Shown: positions 1-12,395, counted from the stretch's first letter. The stretch is 64,000 bases of DNA from Yuukianura sp. NJ FZ-2021 (GCA_046563655.1 JAJCTO010000018.1:62001-126000), one strand, 5' to 3'. Numbers and translations are program-made. Notes: generated by a model from the letters alone, not told the origin.

Positions 1-63
1 GTGCTTTTAGTTTACTACTTTATTTAATACATTGCTAAAGACAGGCGTGCTTATGCTTTATCC

Positions 64-224
64 TTACTTTCCGTTTCCCGCTACTTGCTGTGGGGAAAAT
101 TTGTCGTACGACTATTATTTGGTGATTATTTGCGTCGTAATTGGATTTTAGTGAGATGTTTTGGCGTTGCCATGTGACCTACGACAAATTTTTCCCGGGG
201 AAAGTAGCGGGGAACGGAAAGTAA
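64..224. mobile_element. Degenerate MITE-like inverted-repeat element
   Basis: About 45-bp imperfect inverted repeats: ttactttccgtttcccgctact...aaatttgtcgta versus tacgacaaattttt...agtagcggggaacggaaagtaa. No clear target-site duplication (TSD). Confidence 0.55.
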
Positions 225-462
225 ATACCAGGTATTAGAGGCTGGTTAGGTTAGGTTTACCTACGGCTGGTTTGATTTTTAAGACAATACAAGTTTTGCC
301 TTACGTCAAGATACACAGTCAAGCTTAAAATTATTTGAATTAAATAAAGTTTGAATTTATTGGCTTGCTCGAGTCAAAGTCGTTGTGCTACACAGACTTG
401 TCCAAAGTAATATTTTTATCGATTAACGAAATTGCGTTCAACAACAAGTTGCAACATCAAGG

Positions 463-530
463 TATAAATACGATTGCTACAGAAGTTGAATCACATTAGT
501 CTTCCTCATTCTCTTGCACCGAACAGACGT
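463..530 (+). promoter_or_regulatory. TATA-Inr-DPE core promoter
   Basis: TATAAATA at 463, TTAGT Inr with A at 498, AGACGT at 525 (= +28). Confidence 0.65.
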
Positions 531-782
531 GTACCAATATTTGCTCCTTATTCACTTTCCTATCTTTGGGATTTGGAGATTTGGGATTTTAAAGTTACGT
601 GCCATTCTACACCTACTGCTAAATCTGTGATTCTGCTGCAACGGTAAGTCTTAGCCTAAACGCGGATTCATTTATTTAAATTTTAGTGTCAATGTTCACT
701 TAGTTGTTATTTGAATCCTTTGGTTAGGTGACTGTTTTCCTTCTGATCATTCTGCTACTTTTTTGGGGTTGCCACTAAAACA

Positions 783-1374
783 ATGGATAAATCGGTTGGT
801 ACACAATAAAGCATGATGATTTACATAATAACAAATGTGTAATATTCACTAACTGTTGCTTATTTGTTCGTAGGTGAAACAAGTACTTGCAGCCATTAGC
901 CGTGTGAAAACCATGCAAGAAGGTTGCCGAGTGACATATACAAAAATTAAAGGGGTACTTTGTCATGCGGTAGCAACTGCAATGTTGTATACAGCAGGTG
1001 GTAAATGCGCCTATACTGCAGAAACTCTAGAGCAGGCTATAACAAAAAAATACAGCATGATAGTCAAGAGCCAGAATGATATCTACGTAACGGTTAAGGC
1101 GCTGCTCGATGCCATGGTTTACAAACAAAACGTTACACCCAAAATTCGTGGGTTAAAATATGAACGAGAAGTTAAGAAAATGAAGCATCGGCTTGACGTA
1201 ATCAAGAAAAGACGAATTGAATTTCAGCATGCTCTTGATTCTTTGCGTAGCACTGTTGAAGGTTTGCAGTTGGAGAAGGGCTACGGGGCGGATTTTCTTC
1301 TTGAGAAGATTCTTGACAACTTGCAACGTTGTTTCGATCCCACATTCAAACCAGCTTCACATTTTACGTTCTAA
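783..1374 (+). CDS. Orphan family A protein, copy 1 (helical/coiled-coil, AGG..Y motif)
   Basis: Exons 783-794 (MDKS) and 874-1374. Shares the motifs (L/F)(Y/F)xAGGxxxY/H, LD..P and E.E..K...RL..I..R with the genes at 13108-14066 and 17091-17648. Confidence 0.7.
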
Positions 1375-1839
1375 GTATTCATTTTTTTTTGCTAAAGCAG
1401 TATCACTTTGCAGTTTTTTTTTATAATTTCATAAAAATTGTTACTCTGTATCAAATTTTTTATCATTGGTATACTAAGTGCAAATTTCCGACTACGGTTT
1501 TTGTTTATTATAAACGTTGTTTTCTCAAATGTAGCGTGAGCATGTTAACTACCATGGTTAATTGTCTTGATGTATTAGTACTATTGATCATCAATGAATT
1601 TTCCAAGTTTTGTTATTTACCCTAAACTAAAATATACAGCAAAAGAAATTATCATCAACATTGACGTTGTTCTTGTACCATTATTTGGGTTTCAAATTGC
1701 GCAACGGTGATCCTCTGCAATCCAGGCACAACTTTTATAGAGACCACTCCTTTAATTTTTGCATAATTTGTCTGTGACATTTTTTTCTTTATTTTTTGTC
1801 TGAATTGAAGAATTGTAGAAAAAAAAATGGGAATTGGTT

Positions 1840-1904
1840 TATAAATAAGGTCTGCGTATAATTTTATTGTCATTCATCACACAGCTCCAGTACGGAACGG
1901 ACGT
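1840..1904 (+). promoter_or_regulatory. TATA-Inr-DPE core promoter
   Basis: TATAAATA at 1840, TCATT Inr with A at 1872, GGACGT at 1899 (= +28). Confidence 0.7.
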
Positions 1905-2305
1905 TTCCTGATTATACTCCTCAAGAGGAATTCTGTTTACTTTACGGATTGTTTCTTGGTTTCTTTGTTTGCCATTTTTTGCTTTTATGGCTCATCCAAA
2001 CGTAAGTCCTAAATTCTTTCTCGTAACTCAGCTAATTTTAAAAATTAGGTAAGAGTACGGAAAACGATGCCGTTTGTAACATCCCATTGCTACACAAATT
2101 GGTCACTTATATAGATGGTTTGTAGTTTCCAGCGCCGAAGGCGATGTCTTAGGTTTTTTAACTTATGTAACATATACTACTCCTTAAAATGTTTGCTTAG
2201 GTTAAATTCGGCACCATCTTCTTTACTCCAAAATTCATCTAAAATATTCAACACTTCAATCGTATTGCTTATTTGTCAAATGGTTTTTCTGTCGCTTGTT
2301 ATTAG

Positions 2306-4227
2306 ATGTACGGGAATTCACAATGGCGTTACAGAATGGATTCATGTTCAATAAACAAGAAGCGATTTAACACGTGGTATCTTGCAAGGGGAATGATGGT
2401 CACAATTAACACGTTCAAAAACAAGGCATACGTAGATGTTCGACACTACGTAGATGTACGTGGGCAGCTGCTGAAAACAAAAAGAGGTAAAGCAATATAA
2501 TCTTCTAAAGCAATGACGACAAATTGGTGGTCAACGTTCCTTTTCTTCTTTTAATTTGTTTAGGAGTGAGTTTGAATAAATTTGAATGGGCAGAGTTCCA
2601 AAAGAATATTCCAAAAATTAACTCTGCCTTCAAAATGGCTAACGATCGCATAGAAAAATATGGGCAAAAACAACAAAAGAATTTCAACAAGATGAACCAG
2701 GAGCAAATGGAGGTGTTCAAAGACACCAAATTTGCAGCTCAATTTTTTGATGATGAAGATGATGATGATGACGATGACGGGATTGCAGAACATGACAACT
2801 TGGAAAATGTGGATACAGCAAAGGACAAGTGCTTTACTGCTAACGAATCAGACACGGAAGAAGACATTTTCGACGAAGGAGATTACACAGAGGAAAATTG
2901 TAGTCAAGCTACGTTGGACAGGTGGGAGAAGAGTCGCCAGAAACAAATTAACCCAGGGAAACGCGATCCCTACAGGATTTTAGATTTTCACAAAGAACCC
3001 AACGATAAGGCAACCGTAGAACGACTTGCAAGAAATTCATTCGAATGCAGATACATGTTGTGTCAAACTATCACTCAACAGTTCATGTCTGTTTTTGGAG
3101 ATTCTCTTTACTACTTTGTTCACCATCAAAATCAACTACTACTTACGTTGTGTTCCCAATTACAAAATAACCCTCACATTGAAAACTTGTTTAGAAAGAT
3201 ACTATTTGGTACGTAGTTTAAACCAAACCATATATGTACCCTATATATGGACTTATCATTTTTATGTAAAACTTACTTTGTCGTTGTTTTTAGAAATGAA
3301 ACTAGACGAGAACAACATACCTCCTAAGTACCGCGGGGGGTACAGCGACTGGTTCAACCCAATCAGATGTCCTTCAAATTTTCAGTCAGAAACGCCCACA
3401 GGCAACACAATTTCCTCCCAGCAATTTCCTCCCTTTTATGTGAAGTCGGCTGACGAGCCTAGGGAAATTTACGTTAAAAAGACATCGCAAACAGATGCCA
3501 CAAGCAGCAGCACGCAGGCTGTTGCCACAAGCGGCAGCAATGCTGTACATTCCCGCCTACAGAAAATTCAGTCAGAAATCCCAACAGGCAAGACAAATCC
3601 CTCGCAGCAACACACACATTTTCATGCGAAGTCGGCTGACGTGCCTAGGGTAATATACGTTAAAAAAGCGTCTCAGGCACTTGCCACCAGCAGCAACAAT
3701 GCTGTACATTCCCGCCAAACAAAAGGTTAGGTCATTTGGTTATTACATTTATACAACATGTATAACCTATATACCATCATTCTACATTCGACATTTGTTT
3801 TGCAGAAATGGAACTGGATGAGCAGGCTATACCAGAAGAGTACCATGGAGGGCACAGCATGCTGTTCAACTCGAAAACTCGCAGAAACTTTCAGCAGGAA
3901 TCCAAACCAATCAACCCTAGTTCATCTCAACAAAACACAACTCGTCATACAGGACAACCTGAAAAGCAAAGAGCAGGACGATTGGCTACAACTTCATTGG
4001 CAATGAAAAGCAACAGCTACAGCACGACTTCAAGGTACCACAAAAAGAAAGGTAAGGGTATTCGGGTATTACATACATCCAACATACCTAGCCTATTTTT
4101 TACACCAGCACGTTAATTGTCTAATCTCTATTTAGATTCGCTTATTGCGGATAGGGGCACTCGTGTGAAGAAACGAACGTGGACACATGTATCTTCAACT
4201 GAGTTTGAAGTTATTACTTTAGACTAG
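2306..4227 (+). CDS. PC4/Sub1-domain (ssDNA-binding/coactivator) protein with acidic tract and long C-terminal extension
   Basis: Spliced ..VTINTFKNKAYVDVRHYVDVRGQLLKTKR|GVSLNKFEWAEFQKNIPKI.. matches the PC4 domain pattern. Five exons at about 2306-2487, 2565-3209, 3294-3725, 3806-4051 and 4136-4227, all with phase-1 GT-AG introns. Confidence 0.8.
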
Positions 4228-4559
4228 TAGTTAAACAACTAAACTGCTTGGTCATTCAAATTCAGAAGGTTAAAACAATGGAGTAAGTCGCTCAAGTATC
4301 TGATTCAATTTTTACAACTATGATACCTTGCAATTAATTTCAAATGATGTTATGTCGTGTTGTACTTAAGTGTCCACGGTCTTCCACAACATATATACAA
4401 AACATTACTTAATGGGGAATTACTGTTTATTACGTTATTCTAATTACCCATTATTTTTATTTGATTAGATTGATTTGAGATTGTTGAAGTCTGGTAGTAT
4501 TGCATATAATAAAATACATGGCATACTACAGCATTACAAGTTATCTCTGATGGGTGTAA

Positions 4560-4626
4560 TATAAAAGTTATTATAGCATACGTTGTTTTGCTCATTTCCA
4601 GTTTGGACGTCCCTCACTGTAGACGT
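4560..4626 (+). promoter_or_regulatory. TATA-Inr-DPE core promoter
   Basis: TATAAAA at 4560, TCATT Inr with A at 4594, AGACGT at 4621 (= +28). Confidence 0.7.
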
Positions 4627-5098
4627 CCACTTTTCTCTCTCGTAGTCTTGTTTACTTTTCTCCACTCTATTCCTTACCACCACGCTATTTGTAGTTGTGA
4701 GTTTTCGGACTGTTACAAGGCTCGGATATTGGCATTCTGGAGGTAATTGGGATAACCAAAAATAACTCAAAAACAATAATACAAAGACAGTTTTGAGTGG
4801 AAATTTTTTTTTAGTTTTCAAAAAATTGCCGTAAATGTCAAACTATTTACGTATTTTATTCTAGCGGTAATAGTTTGGGCATTTAAGTTTTTCAACTTGA
4901 CTATAATTTTACATTTGGAGTTGGTTTTTTTTATATTAATTATTGTTCAGGAGTAGGTAATTTACACTATTACTAGGTTGTTGGAGTGATTTTTATTTTC
5001 TTTATGGCATACATTCTAGATTACTTCTGAGAAGGTTCTAAGGAAAACCAGCGAAAAAGGTTCAATCCGGCAACACTGAAAATTTAAGAAAGGAATAG

Positions 5099-5913
5099 AT
5101 GAACGGAATCGTGGGTTTGGTCAATTCCCCAAAAAAACGAAGGAAGTGGGTTAAACACAAGTATGGAAAGAAACCAAGGATTGAACTTGCGCAACCCACT
5201 CCAGCAACAGCGACGGGTCGAGGGTGGTGGGAGAAGTACAAGTCTACACAAATATTGTCTGTGGACGTCGAGAAGGTAGAAGTACCAAATGCCCTGAGTA
5301 GAAAGCGGCGAAAACACTTTCAAGCCGCTGCATCTGTTGCAGTAATAGATGGAAATCGGAAACTCATTTACTCAACCAAAATTAGACATGCACCTGGATC
5401 GTTCATTGTCAATGCGAACAACAAAACTGGATTTGCGTCACATTCACTTATGTATGGAACGCCGTTAGTGAAAGTAAAGGATGACTTGCTTCGTTTGTTT
5501 AAAGGAAACTTGGTAATTGGAGTGGCGCTTCGCAATGATCTAGCTTGTCTTGGGCTTAGCGGGCAAAGAGTATTTGAGACATTTGATCTTCAGTGGTACT
5601 GGTAATGAAAATTACCACTTTATGTTTGTACCTTTTGTATTCCAAATAATATGTTTTTGTGATGACTTGTAGGTACAGAATGGACATAGATGTCAACCGC
5701 CGCCCGGTGAAATCGTTGATTGGCCTACGCTCGTTGTGCAAATATTTTTTCCGCATCGATATGCAACCAGATCATCTCTTTCATGACGCTACTGTTGATG
5801 CTGCCTGGACCATGGATTTATTTCTAGATGTGTATACCCAGTGTCCTAGAAATACAAAGTGGGGTAGACATCCTAGCAATCACATTGTTCATTTCAAAAA
5901 TTTATTCAAATAA
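5099..5913 (+). CDS. DEDDh 3'-5' exonuclease, REX4/ISG20-like
   Basis: Motifs ILSVDVE (ExoI), VIGVALRNDLACL (ExoII), TFDLQ, LRSLCKYFF and HDATVDA (ExoIII). One intron at about 5602-5672. Basic NLS-like N-terminus (PKKRRK). Confidence 0.85.
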
Positions 5914-6038
5914 TTACTGTGTACGGAATTAAAATTTCGGAAATGAAAACGCAAAATCTTAGTCAAGTATTCATAAGTTGCCGTTAGTATCCATAAGCAG
6001 TAGTCTCTTATTTTATTAGCACTTTGCTTTACCCATAT

Positions 6039-6102
6039 GATAAAAGTATCGCTTCATATTGGCATTTTCATTACCAGTTTAGACGTCGCTGCGGTGAGAC
6101 GC
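6039..6102 (+). promoter_or_regulatory. Inr-DPE core promoter with TATA variant
   Basis: GATAAAA at 6039, TCATT Inr with A at 6070, AGACG at 6097 (= +28). Confidence 0.6.
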
Positions 6103-6285
6103 ACCTGTACCTCACTCATATTCTCATTTACTCGTTATTCAATCATAAAGCCGTCGTCAGATTCCATACCGTTATCCTTCTATTTACCCCTTGCTACGAG
6201 TCTACATCTTACTGGTGAGTGATAAATATCGGACTAAATTTTTCATTAAGCGTTGTAAACAAAAGATGTACTTTTGCAGGTGACA

Positions 6286-8175
6286 ATGGACACGGGTTTC
6301 ACAGTTGGTGAAGTTGTCAATGTTGTGGAATGCGTTGCCACTCAAAAACTTCAACAAGGAACCATTGTTGATATATTACAATCACGTAAGCTGGCACACC
6401 TTTTCCCCTGTTTCTCTGTTACGTTACACTACTTTGATACCATTCATACTTTTTTCTTTAGATGCAATGAGCGTTTATGTTATACGGTATACAAACAATG
6501 AATTTGACGTCAAGCTGCATCGCTACTTGCATAAGGTACAACAAGATTCATCTGCTACAAGTTTGAGCGCAGCAACTTTACAAACGGTACAAGTTGATGC
6601 ACTTTACCAACAAGGCACTGTCCCTGCTCCAACACATGTTTCCAATACACTTGCATCTAACACATTGACGCCATCAGCGAGTTGTAATGAGCAGCCTTCT
6701 ACTAGCCAACACGGACGCCCCAAACAAGTTGGTCATGTGCAGCCCCGTGTTCAACTTCTTCCAAGTGCCACAAATGTAGATACTGCAGCCACTACTCCAG
6801 CTGCATTCACATCTTCTGTGTCAGTTGCACAAGTGACAGCTTCCGAGACGGATGTAACCAGTTCATCTACTCTTACAACAACTGCAACTACATTGTCAAC
6901 TTTCGTTCCACTTGAATTAGTTTTGCCAGGGCAAACTCAAACTACATCTTTAACCGCTGTACCTTCAACTTCTGGATCACATACTGTTGTCGCCACTGAA
7001 GCCGCAGTTTCTTTACCTATTCCTACTGGTCGTATAACAACAGAAGCACAGTTGCCATCTGCAATTGAAGATTTCGGTATTACCCCAGAGACAACACCTC
7101 CCACAGTGACTACACCGGTACAACATCTTACTCCTCCCAACCAACAAGCTGAAACTAGGAGGACAAGCTCTTCTGCCGCTCCAACTGCTTCTACCTCAAG
7201 TGCATTGGATCCAACAATGGGTGAAGGAAATGCTAATCGGGAAATTGTTACTACTACTACAACAACTACCGGTAGACGGTTGAGGTCATCGGGTCGTCCA
7301 GAATCAGAACGTCACAAATACGACAAGGAACATGCAACTACATTGTCATCAAAACGTAAACGCAAAGGTATACTCTAAACGTGCATTATTTTGTAATTTA
7401 CACATTTGCTAATTATAATAATTTTCTTTTTCAAGGAAACCAAGCACCCAGCACTGGTACTAAGAGGACCCGTAGGAATACCGACGACACATTGCCACTC
7501 GATGACTCTGACGCCACGTCTATGCACCCAAATGAACCAGTTGTAACACCACGACAACGAAACGTTGGGCAAGGTTATGTGGTACCAATTGGATCCGGCT
7601 CACTTCCTTTGGCCAAACGTAGTGATGTCATTACTGCTCAACAATTCAATACGGTGGTCAAACGTTACAACAGGGAACGCAAGGAGTGGCAAATTAGCTA
7701 CAATGAACTCAGGGTTGAAAACGAGAATCTCAAGGCCGAACTCTCAGACTTGAAGGAGGAACACGAAGAGCTCAAGATTCAGCACGAAGACCTCAAGATT
7801 GAACACGAAGACCTGAAGATTGAACACGAAAACCTCAAGGTTGAACACGAAGACCTCAAGAGTAAACACGAAGACCTCAAGATTGAACACGAAGAGCTGA
7901 AGGTAAACTACGAAAAGCTCAAAATTGAACACGAAAATCTCAAGATTGAACACGAAGAGCTGAAGGTAAACTACGAAAAGCTCAAAATTGAACACGAAGA
8001 GTTGAAGGTTCAGCATGAAGAGTTGAAGGTTCAGCATGAAGAGTTGAATGTTAAATACAACAAGCTAGAAGGCAAATACAACACCCTCAAAGCTGAACAT
8101 GAAAAGTTGAAAGTGGACTATGCAGGTTTAGAAGAGCGTTTGAAAAAACTTGAGGCCCGATATGGAACTGAATAG
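6286..8175 (+). CDS. Tudor-like domain + Ser/Thr/Pro-rich linker + NLS + heptad coiled-coil protein
   Basis: Exons at about 6286-6385, 6462-7367 and 7436-8175. N-terminus FTVGEVV...GTIVDI..SVYVIRYTNNEFDVKL resembles a Tudor barrel. Contains KRKRK and a C-terminal EHEDLKI heptad array. Confidence 0.7.
7755..8110 (+). repeat. Coding 21-nt tandem repeat (EHE[DEN]LK[IV] heptads)
   Basis: About 16 imperfect gaacacgaagacctcaagatt-like units, in frame. Confidence 0.9.
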
Positions 8176-8458
8176 AAATTTATTTCATTTCAAGACAATT
8201 TCATTTTTGTATGCTAGTAGCAAATGTTGTAGTTTATCTATTTCCTTTTTTCCAACTACTTGTTAGTTAGACCAGTTGTAGTTTACAATGTTTGTTATTT
8301 CTTTTAATATTGAATAAACTAATATTGAATAAACCCATACATTTAGTATTGAATTAATGGCACGAGGTTGAGAAGGAAATATTTATTTGAGTATTTAATT
8401 TACAAATCAGTTGCTTCAAAAAAAATCTCGTTTCGAAACTTTTCATTTGTATTTTGTT

Positions 8459-8523
8459 TATAACATTTTGTATGTCTATACTTTTGTTTCATTCTGTTTT
8501 TGGATATTATCGAGAGAGGACGA
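8459..8523 (+). promoter_or_regulatory. TATA-like-Inr-DPE core promoter
   Basis: TATAAC at 8459, TCATT Inr with A at 8491, GGACG at 8518 (= +28). Confidence 0.6.
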
Positions 8524-8651
8524 TTTTCACTTGTGCTCAGTTTCATATACCTTTCCATTCTCTGCAGTCCAACGATATTGCATACAGTTTCTACTTCATA
8601 CTCCTAGTACGGTTTTCACCTTCAGTGATTCTACTTTTGAATTATATTGTC

Positions 8652-10404
8652 ATGTACGACACACCAACATTTCAAATAGGTGATGTTGTGAATACCTACA
8701 AGAACAACCAGGCCAAGCGCTGGGGAGGAACGTATAATCGTACAGCACGACTCTTTAATGAAAGTGAGTTGTGTTTGAATTGAAAGATTTGGTTTGTTAA
8801 ACAATATCTTGATGTCTGTAAATTTTTTAGGCCTCATGTTTGACTTTTCGTTGAATGCACACACAAAGGTGGACGCTATTATTAGCGTTGAAGACGTTAA
8901 TTTACTTAATGACTGGGCTAGAATCATGGACTTTGCGGAAGTTGCGACTGTAGTTGAGCTTTGTAGAGACAGTGCGTATTTTCAGAATTTAGCAAAATTA
9001 TTAATGCCTAACCCTGCATAGCTTGTCAACACTGTCATGTACATGTACACATGTTTTTCTTTTTTTTTTCTTTCAGAAAGACATTGCCTAGTCAAGTTTG
9101 ATGATGGCAGTGTTGAAGTCAAGATGATGAAATTCTTGAAACATACTGGCAATCAAAATGCAGAATACGTAGAACAACTTCCCATTAATTCAACTTCAAC
9201 CGACGACAAATACTTGGAAGCTGAAATTCAACAGGAAGCATACGAACATCGCCACCAGCATCTTTCAAATTCCGGTGAGGAAATTGAATAAAATGATACT
9301 ATTCATTCTACGGTTGAGGTAAACTTTAACGGAACTCATTGTAGCCGCACAGTGTAGCCGCCGGCGGCCATCTTGAGTGGCTACAATGGGTGGCTACACT
9401 TGAGCGGCAACATTTGTAGCCGCTTGTGAGAAAATTTCCCTTGTCGCCACCCAATTGTAGCCGCACATGCTAAATAACGCTGGCAACCATGTTTTAGAAT
9501 TTGGTCTCGAGATACAATAACCTAAAACAAAACCTCGAATCTAATCACTATTGTTAAGTACTAACCTAACCTAACGCCGCGCCTTCGGCGCGGGAAAATG
9601 AAACTATATTCTCTGAATGTAAAAGCAAATAATATTAAACTGGTAACCATTTCTTTTTGATTCAGTAAATCTTAAATCCTGTTATGTTTTCCCGCGCCGA
9701 AGGCGCGGAGTTAGGTTTTTTAAAGTTCGCAATACTGATTACGTCTGTATACAGGATAAGCTTTCCTAAATTCCTAAACAGTGTTGCCAGCATTATTTAC
9801 TATATGCGGCTACAGTAGAGTGGCGACAAGGCAAAATTTCTCACGGGCGGCTACAAATGTTGCCGCCCAAGCGTAGCCACCCATTGTAGCCACTCAAGAT
9901 GGCCGCCGGCGGCTACACTTTGCGGCTACAATGAGTTCCGTTAAAGTTTACCTCAACCCATTCTACAAATCCGGCATGATTTTCTTAAACTTTTTGTTGA
10001 AGATGTGCCACAAACTGACTCAGAACACACCGACGATAGCATCGAAGAAGAAGATTTGGTGGAGGGCAAAGGACAATTTGTGCCAGGTAAATAGAAAACA
10101 GTCGGACAACGGATTAGGTTAGGTTATTATTATTGTATCGATTTTTAACAATTATTTTTTCGGAGATATCGACGACAAATATGATGACTGCTCGATGGAT
10201 GAGTCAGACTCAGATTTAATGTTTATCAATGACGAAACGACGTCTTCTACATCATCGTCATCGGAAGAAGAGGAAACTCAGCAACGTTTGAAGCAAAATC
10301 GAAAAAGAAAACCAAATAGCAAACATTCTTGTACTTCAGGCGCAGGAGCTACTAAGAAAAAGTCTCGACTTATAATTATTTCTGAGAGCGAGTCCGACAC
10401 TTAA
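8652..10404 (+). CDS. Second Tudor-like protein with acidic/Ser-rich and basic NLS tail
   Basis: Exons at about 8652-8763, 8831-8971, 9078-9274, 10003-10087 and 10166-10404, with phase-1 introns. Motifs FQIGDVV...ATVVELCRD|KRHCLVKFDDGSVEVKMMKFLK and a RKRK/KKKSR tail. Confidence 0.65.
9312..9958. mobile_element. Non-autonomous DNA transposon with long TIRs and 8-bp TSD (intronic)
   Basis: About 175-bp TIRs starting ggttgaggtaaactttaacggaactcattgtagccgca. Perfect TSD cattctac at 9304-9311 and 9959-9966. Internal inverted cgcgccttcggcgcg/cgcgccgaaggcgcg motifs. Confidence 0.9.
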
Positions 10405-10439
10405 GGTCACGAGGGTAGGAGCTCATCCGCTGAAACCTA

Positions 10440-10593
10440 TTGATTGACGCCTTTAAAGTGCATATGTTTGAAAGAATGCAAAAAGCCAGAAGATAGTTCG
10501 CCAGGTTTAAATTTACAACCAATTAAGGACGCCTATGATAAAGCCCTTGAACCAATGCTTGTTGTTTTTGACCGTTTTACAGAGTTGTTGTAA
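10440..10593 (+). pseudogene. Remnant last exon paralogous to the 18577-18780 exon
   Basis: HMF...EDSSPGLNLQPIKDAYDKALEPMLVVFDRFTELL* versus HMF...EDGSPQVENFKKLYFPAIEAMLVVTDGFSDML*. No upstream exons seen. Confidence 0.55.
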
Positions 10594-11107
10594 TAGTCTT
10601 GTATCCCGATCGAACCAAACTAGTTACTAAAATTGCAACCAATTTCTGTTAAAGGCATTTTCTTATGCATCAACTCTAACTAGCCCACATTTTTGACATC
10701 TTCCAATTAAACGTACAACTTTGTTGGTTGCTAATAAAAATAATTCAATTCCAAATTATCCAACTCCGTAATTGGCACAAAAGTGTAGTTTGATTTATTT
10801 AGGTTAACCTAAATAAAACCTAATCTAACCAGTTAGGTTAGGTATATTTTTGACGTTTAGAGGATTTTTGAATTCCATTTAAAAGTGTAGCGGTGCAGTT
10901 TTTTAAGTTAAACCCCTTCACCTAACCTTAAACTATTAGACATATTATTCTGCAAAGTTCTGTAGTGTATTTGTTATTCAGAGTGGAACTTATTCTACCT
11001 TAACCTAATCTTAACTGTATAGGTTAAGTTAGGTAACCATTTCGTAGCGCGACTAGTCCATCTAGAAAAGGGTTCTAGATTCTAGGTTCTAGATAATAAA
11101 TTTTTTG

Positions 11108-11174
11108 TATAAATATGGTTGCAACATTCGTTCATCCAAACATTCTTTGCGAAGCAGTTGCGCTGGACGGACGT
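11108..11174 (+). promoter_or_regulatory. TATA-Inr-DPE core promoter
   Basis: TATAAATA at 11108, CATT with A at 11142, GGACGT at 11169 (= +28). Confidence 0.7.
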
Positions 11175-11739
11175 ATTCCAAGTAATCTCTTTGAAACTAA
11201 TACTTGCTATAAAACACTACCAAAATTGCAATAGTTGTACCAAGTTTTTGAATTTTTTCATCAAGCCAGTTGGTCCACTCTAATAGTTTGAAGTTGAGTT
11301 AATTCTTGTTGTAAGGTTCTCTTCTTTACCGTGCATCACATATTCGATGGTTTCAAGAAACTAGGAGTAAGTAATCATTTATTTTTTCCTTCATTGCGCT
11401 TGAGCTTTCTGTGTCGCTTGTTTTTGTTTCAACTGCATGAGGACTTCTCACTGCAGCAATTTTGCTGTTTTAGATGGTTGCTGTTATCTCCATAAATTTT
11501 GAGTTTTTTTCTAGTATCAAATTTCAAAACCATATTAATGCTCAATTTGTTGATGACAGTTTGAACGAATACTGCTGCCATATACACCTTTTCTCCTTTT
11601 CTAATTGTGAACGTCCACTATGCCAAAAAAACATTTCGCTCTTCTACGGTAACAACATTCCTTTCCAAAACGTTTTGTAGACATTTTATATATCCCTTCT
11701 GTGTTTTTGACATTTTTTTCTTTAAACATTTTTGTACAG

Positions 11740-12395
11740 TGCCACCTACAATTGAAACATTGATTGAAGCTTTCCACTTGGCAAGAAAATTTGCAGAACA
11801 AATCAAACAGACACAACCTGTATTTTTCGAATCAATGACAAGTTTTTTGAAGAAATTCGTCATTGGGACGGGGGTGGTGGCTGGTGGAGCAACTGCGTAC
11901 AATGCCAAAGTCTTTCTAGACAATTTGCACAACAAGATTGAAGTTCCAATCCGGTATTCATCTAATTTTTGTATACTACGTGCCACAGTTTAACTTTACT
12001 GGAACAAAACCCAAACCTAACCTAAATTTAATTCTTACGCAGTAACGACATTCGAAACCTCGCTACTCAGTCGGAAACAAAATGGAGCAACCTTGCAAAT
12101 CAATGGAACAACTTTGAAAATAAGGTAATCATAGTATCGACATATCACACTCATATTTGAGGTTAGGTTTCATTTGCGTTTTCTTTAATAGATTAACATC
12201 TTGGAAATCAAAACCAAGTACAACGCTGACAAAATGAATACGGAAATGCAAGCATTACGAAAAGAGTTGGCCGCCATTGAAGCCAAAATTGAATCTTCAA
12301 CGGCTAGTAACAAAACCCGTTCAGACCAACAAAGACCAATACTGGCAAACGTTGCAACTCTGTTTGACTACGTAACTGAATGGTGCCGACGTTGA
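11740..12395 (+). CDS. Orphan family B protein, copy 1 (hydrophobic Gly-rich segment + coiled coil)
   Basis: Exons at about 11740-11953, 12043-12125 and 12192-12395. Clearly paralogous to 19963-20811 (YNxKxFLxxLHNKIExPI; INILE; ANVxTLFDYxTxW) with the same intron positions. Start codon uncertain. Confidence 0.7.

Noticed and set aside
1655..1873. Minus-strand ORF containing YAKIKGV, similar to YTKIKGV in family A copy 1
   Set aside because: The similarity covers only about 20 nt, overlaps a plus-strand promoter, and shows no further homology.
7744..8037. Hydrophobic repeat ORF on the minus strand
   Set aside because: Antisense shadow of the heptad repeat.
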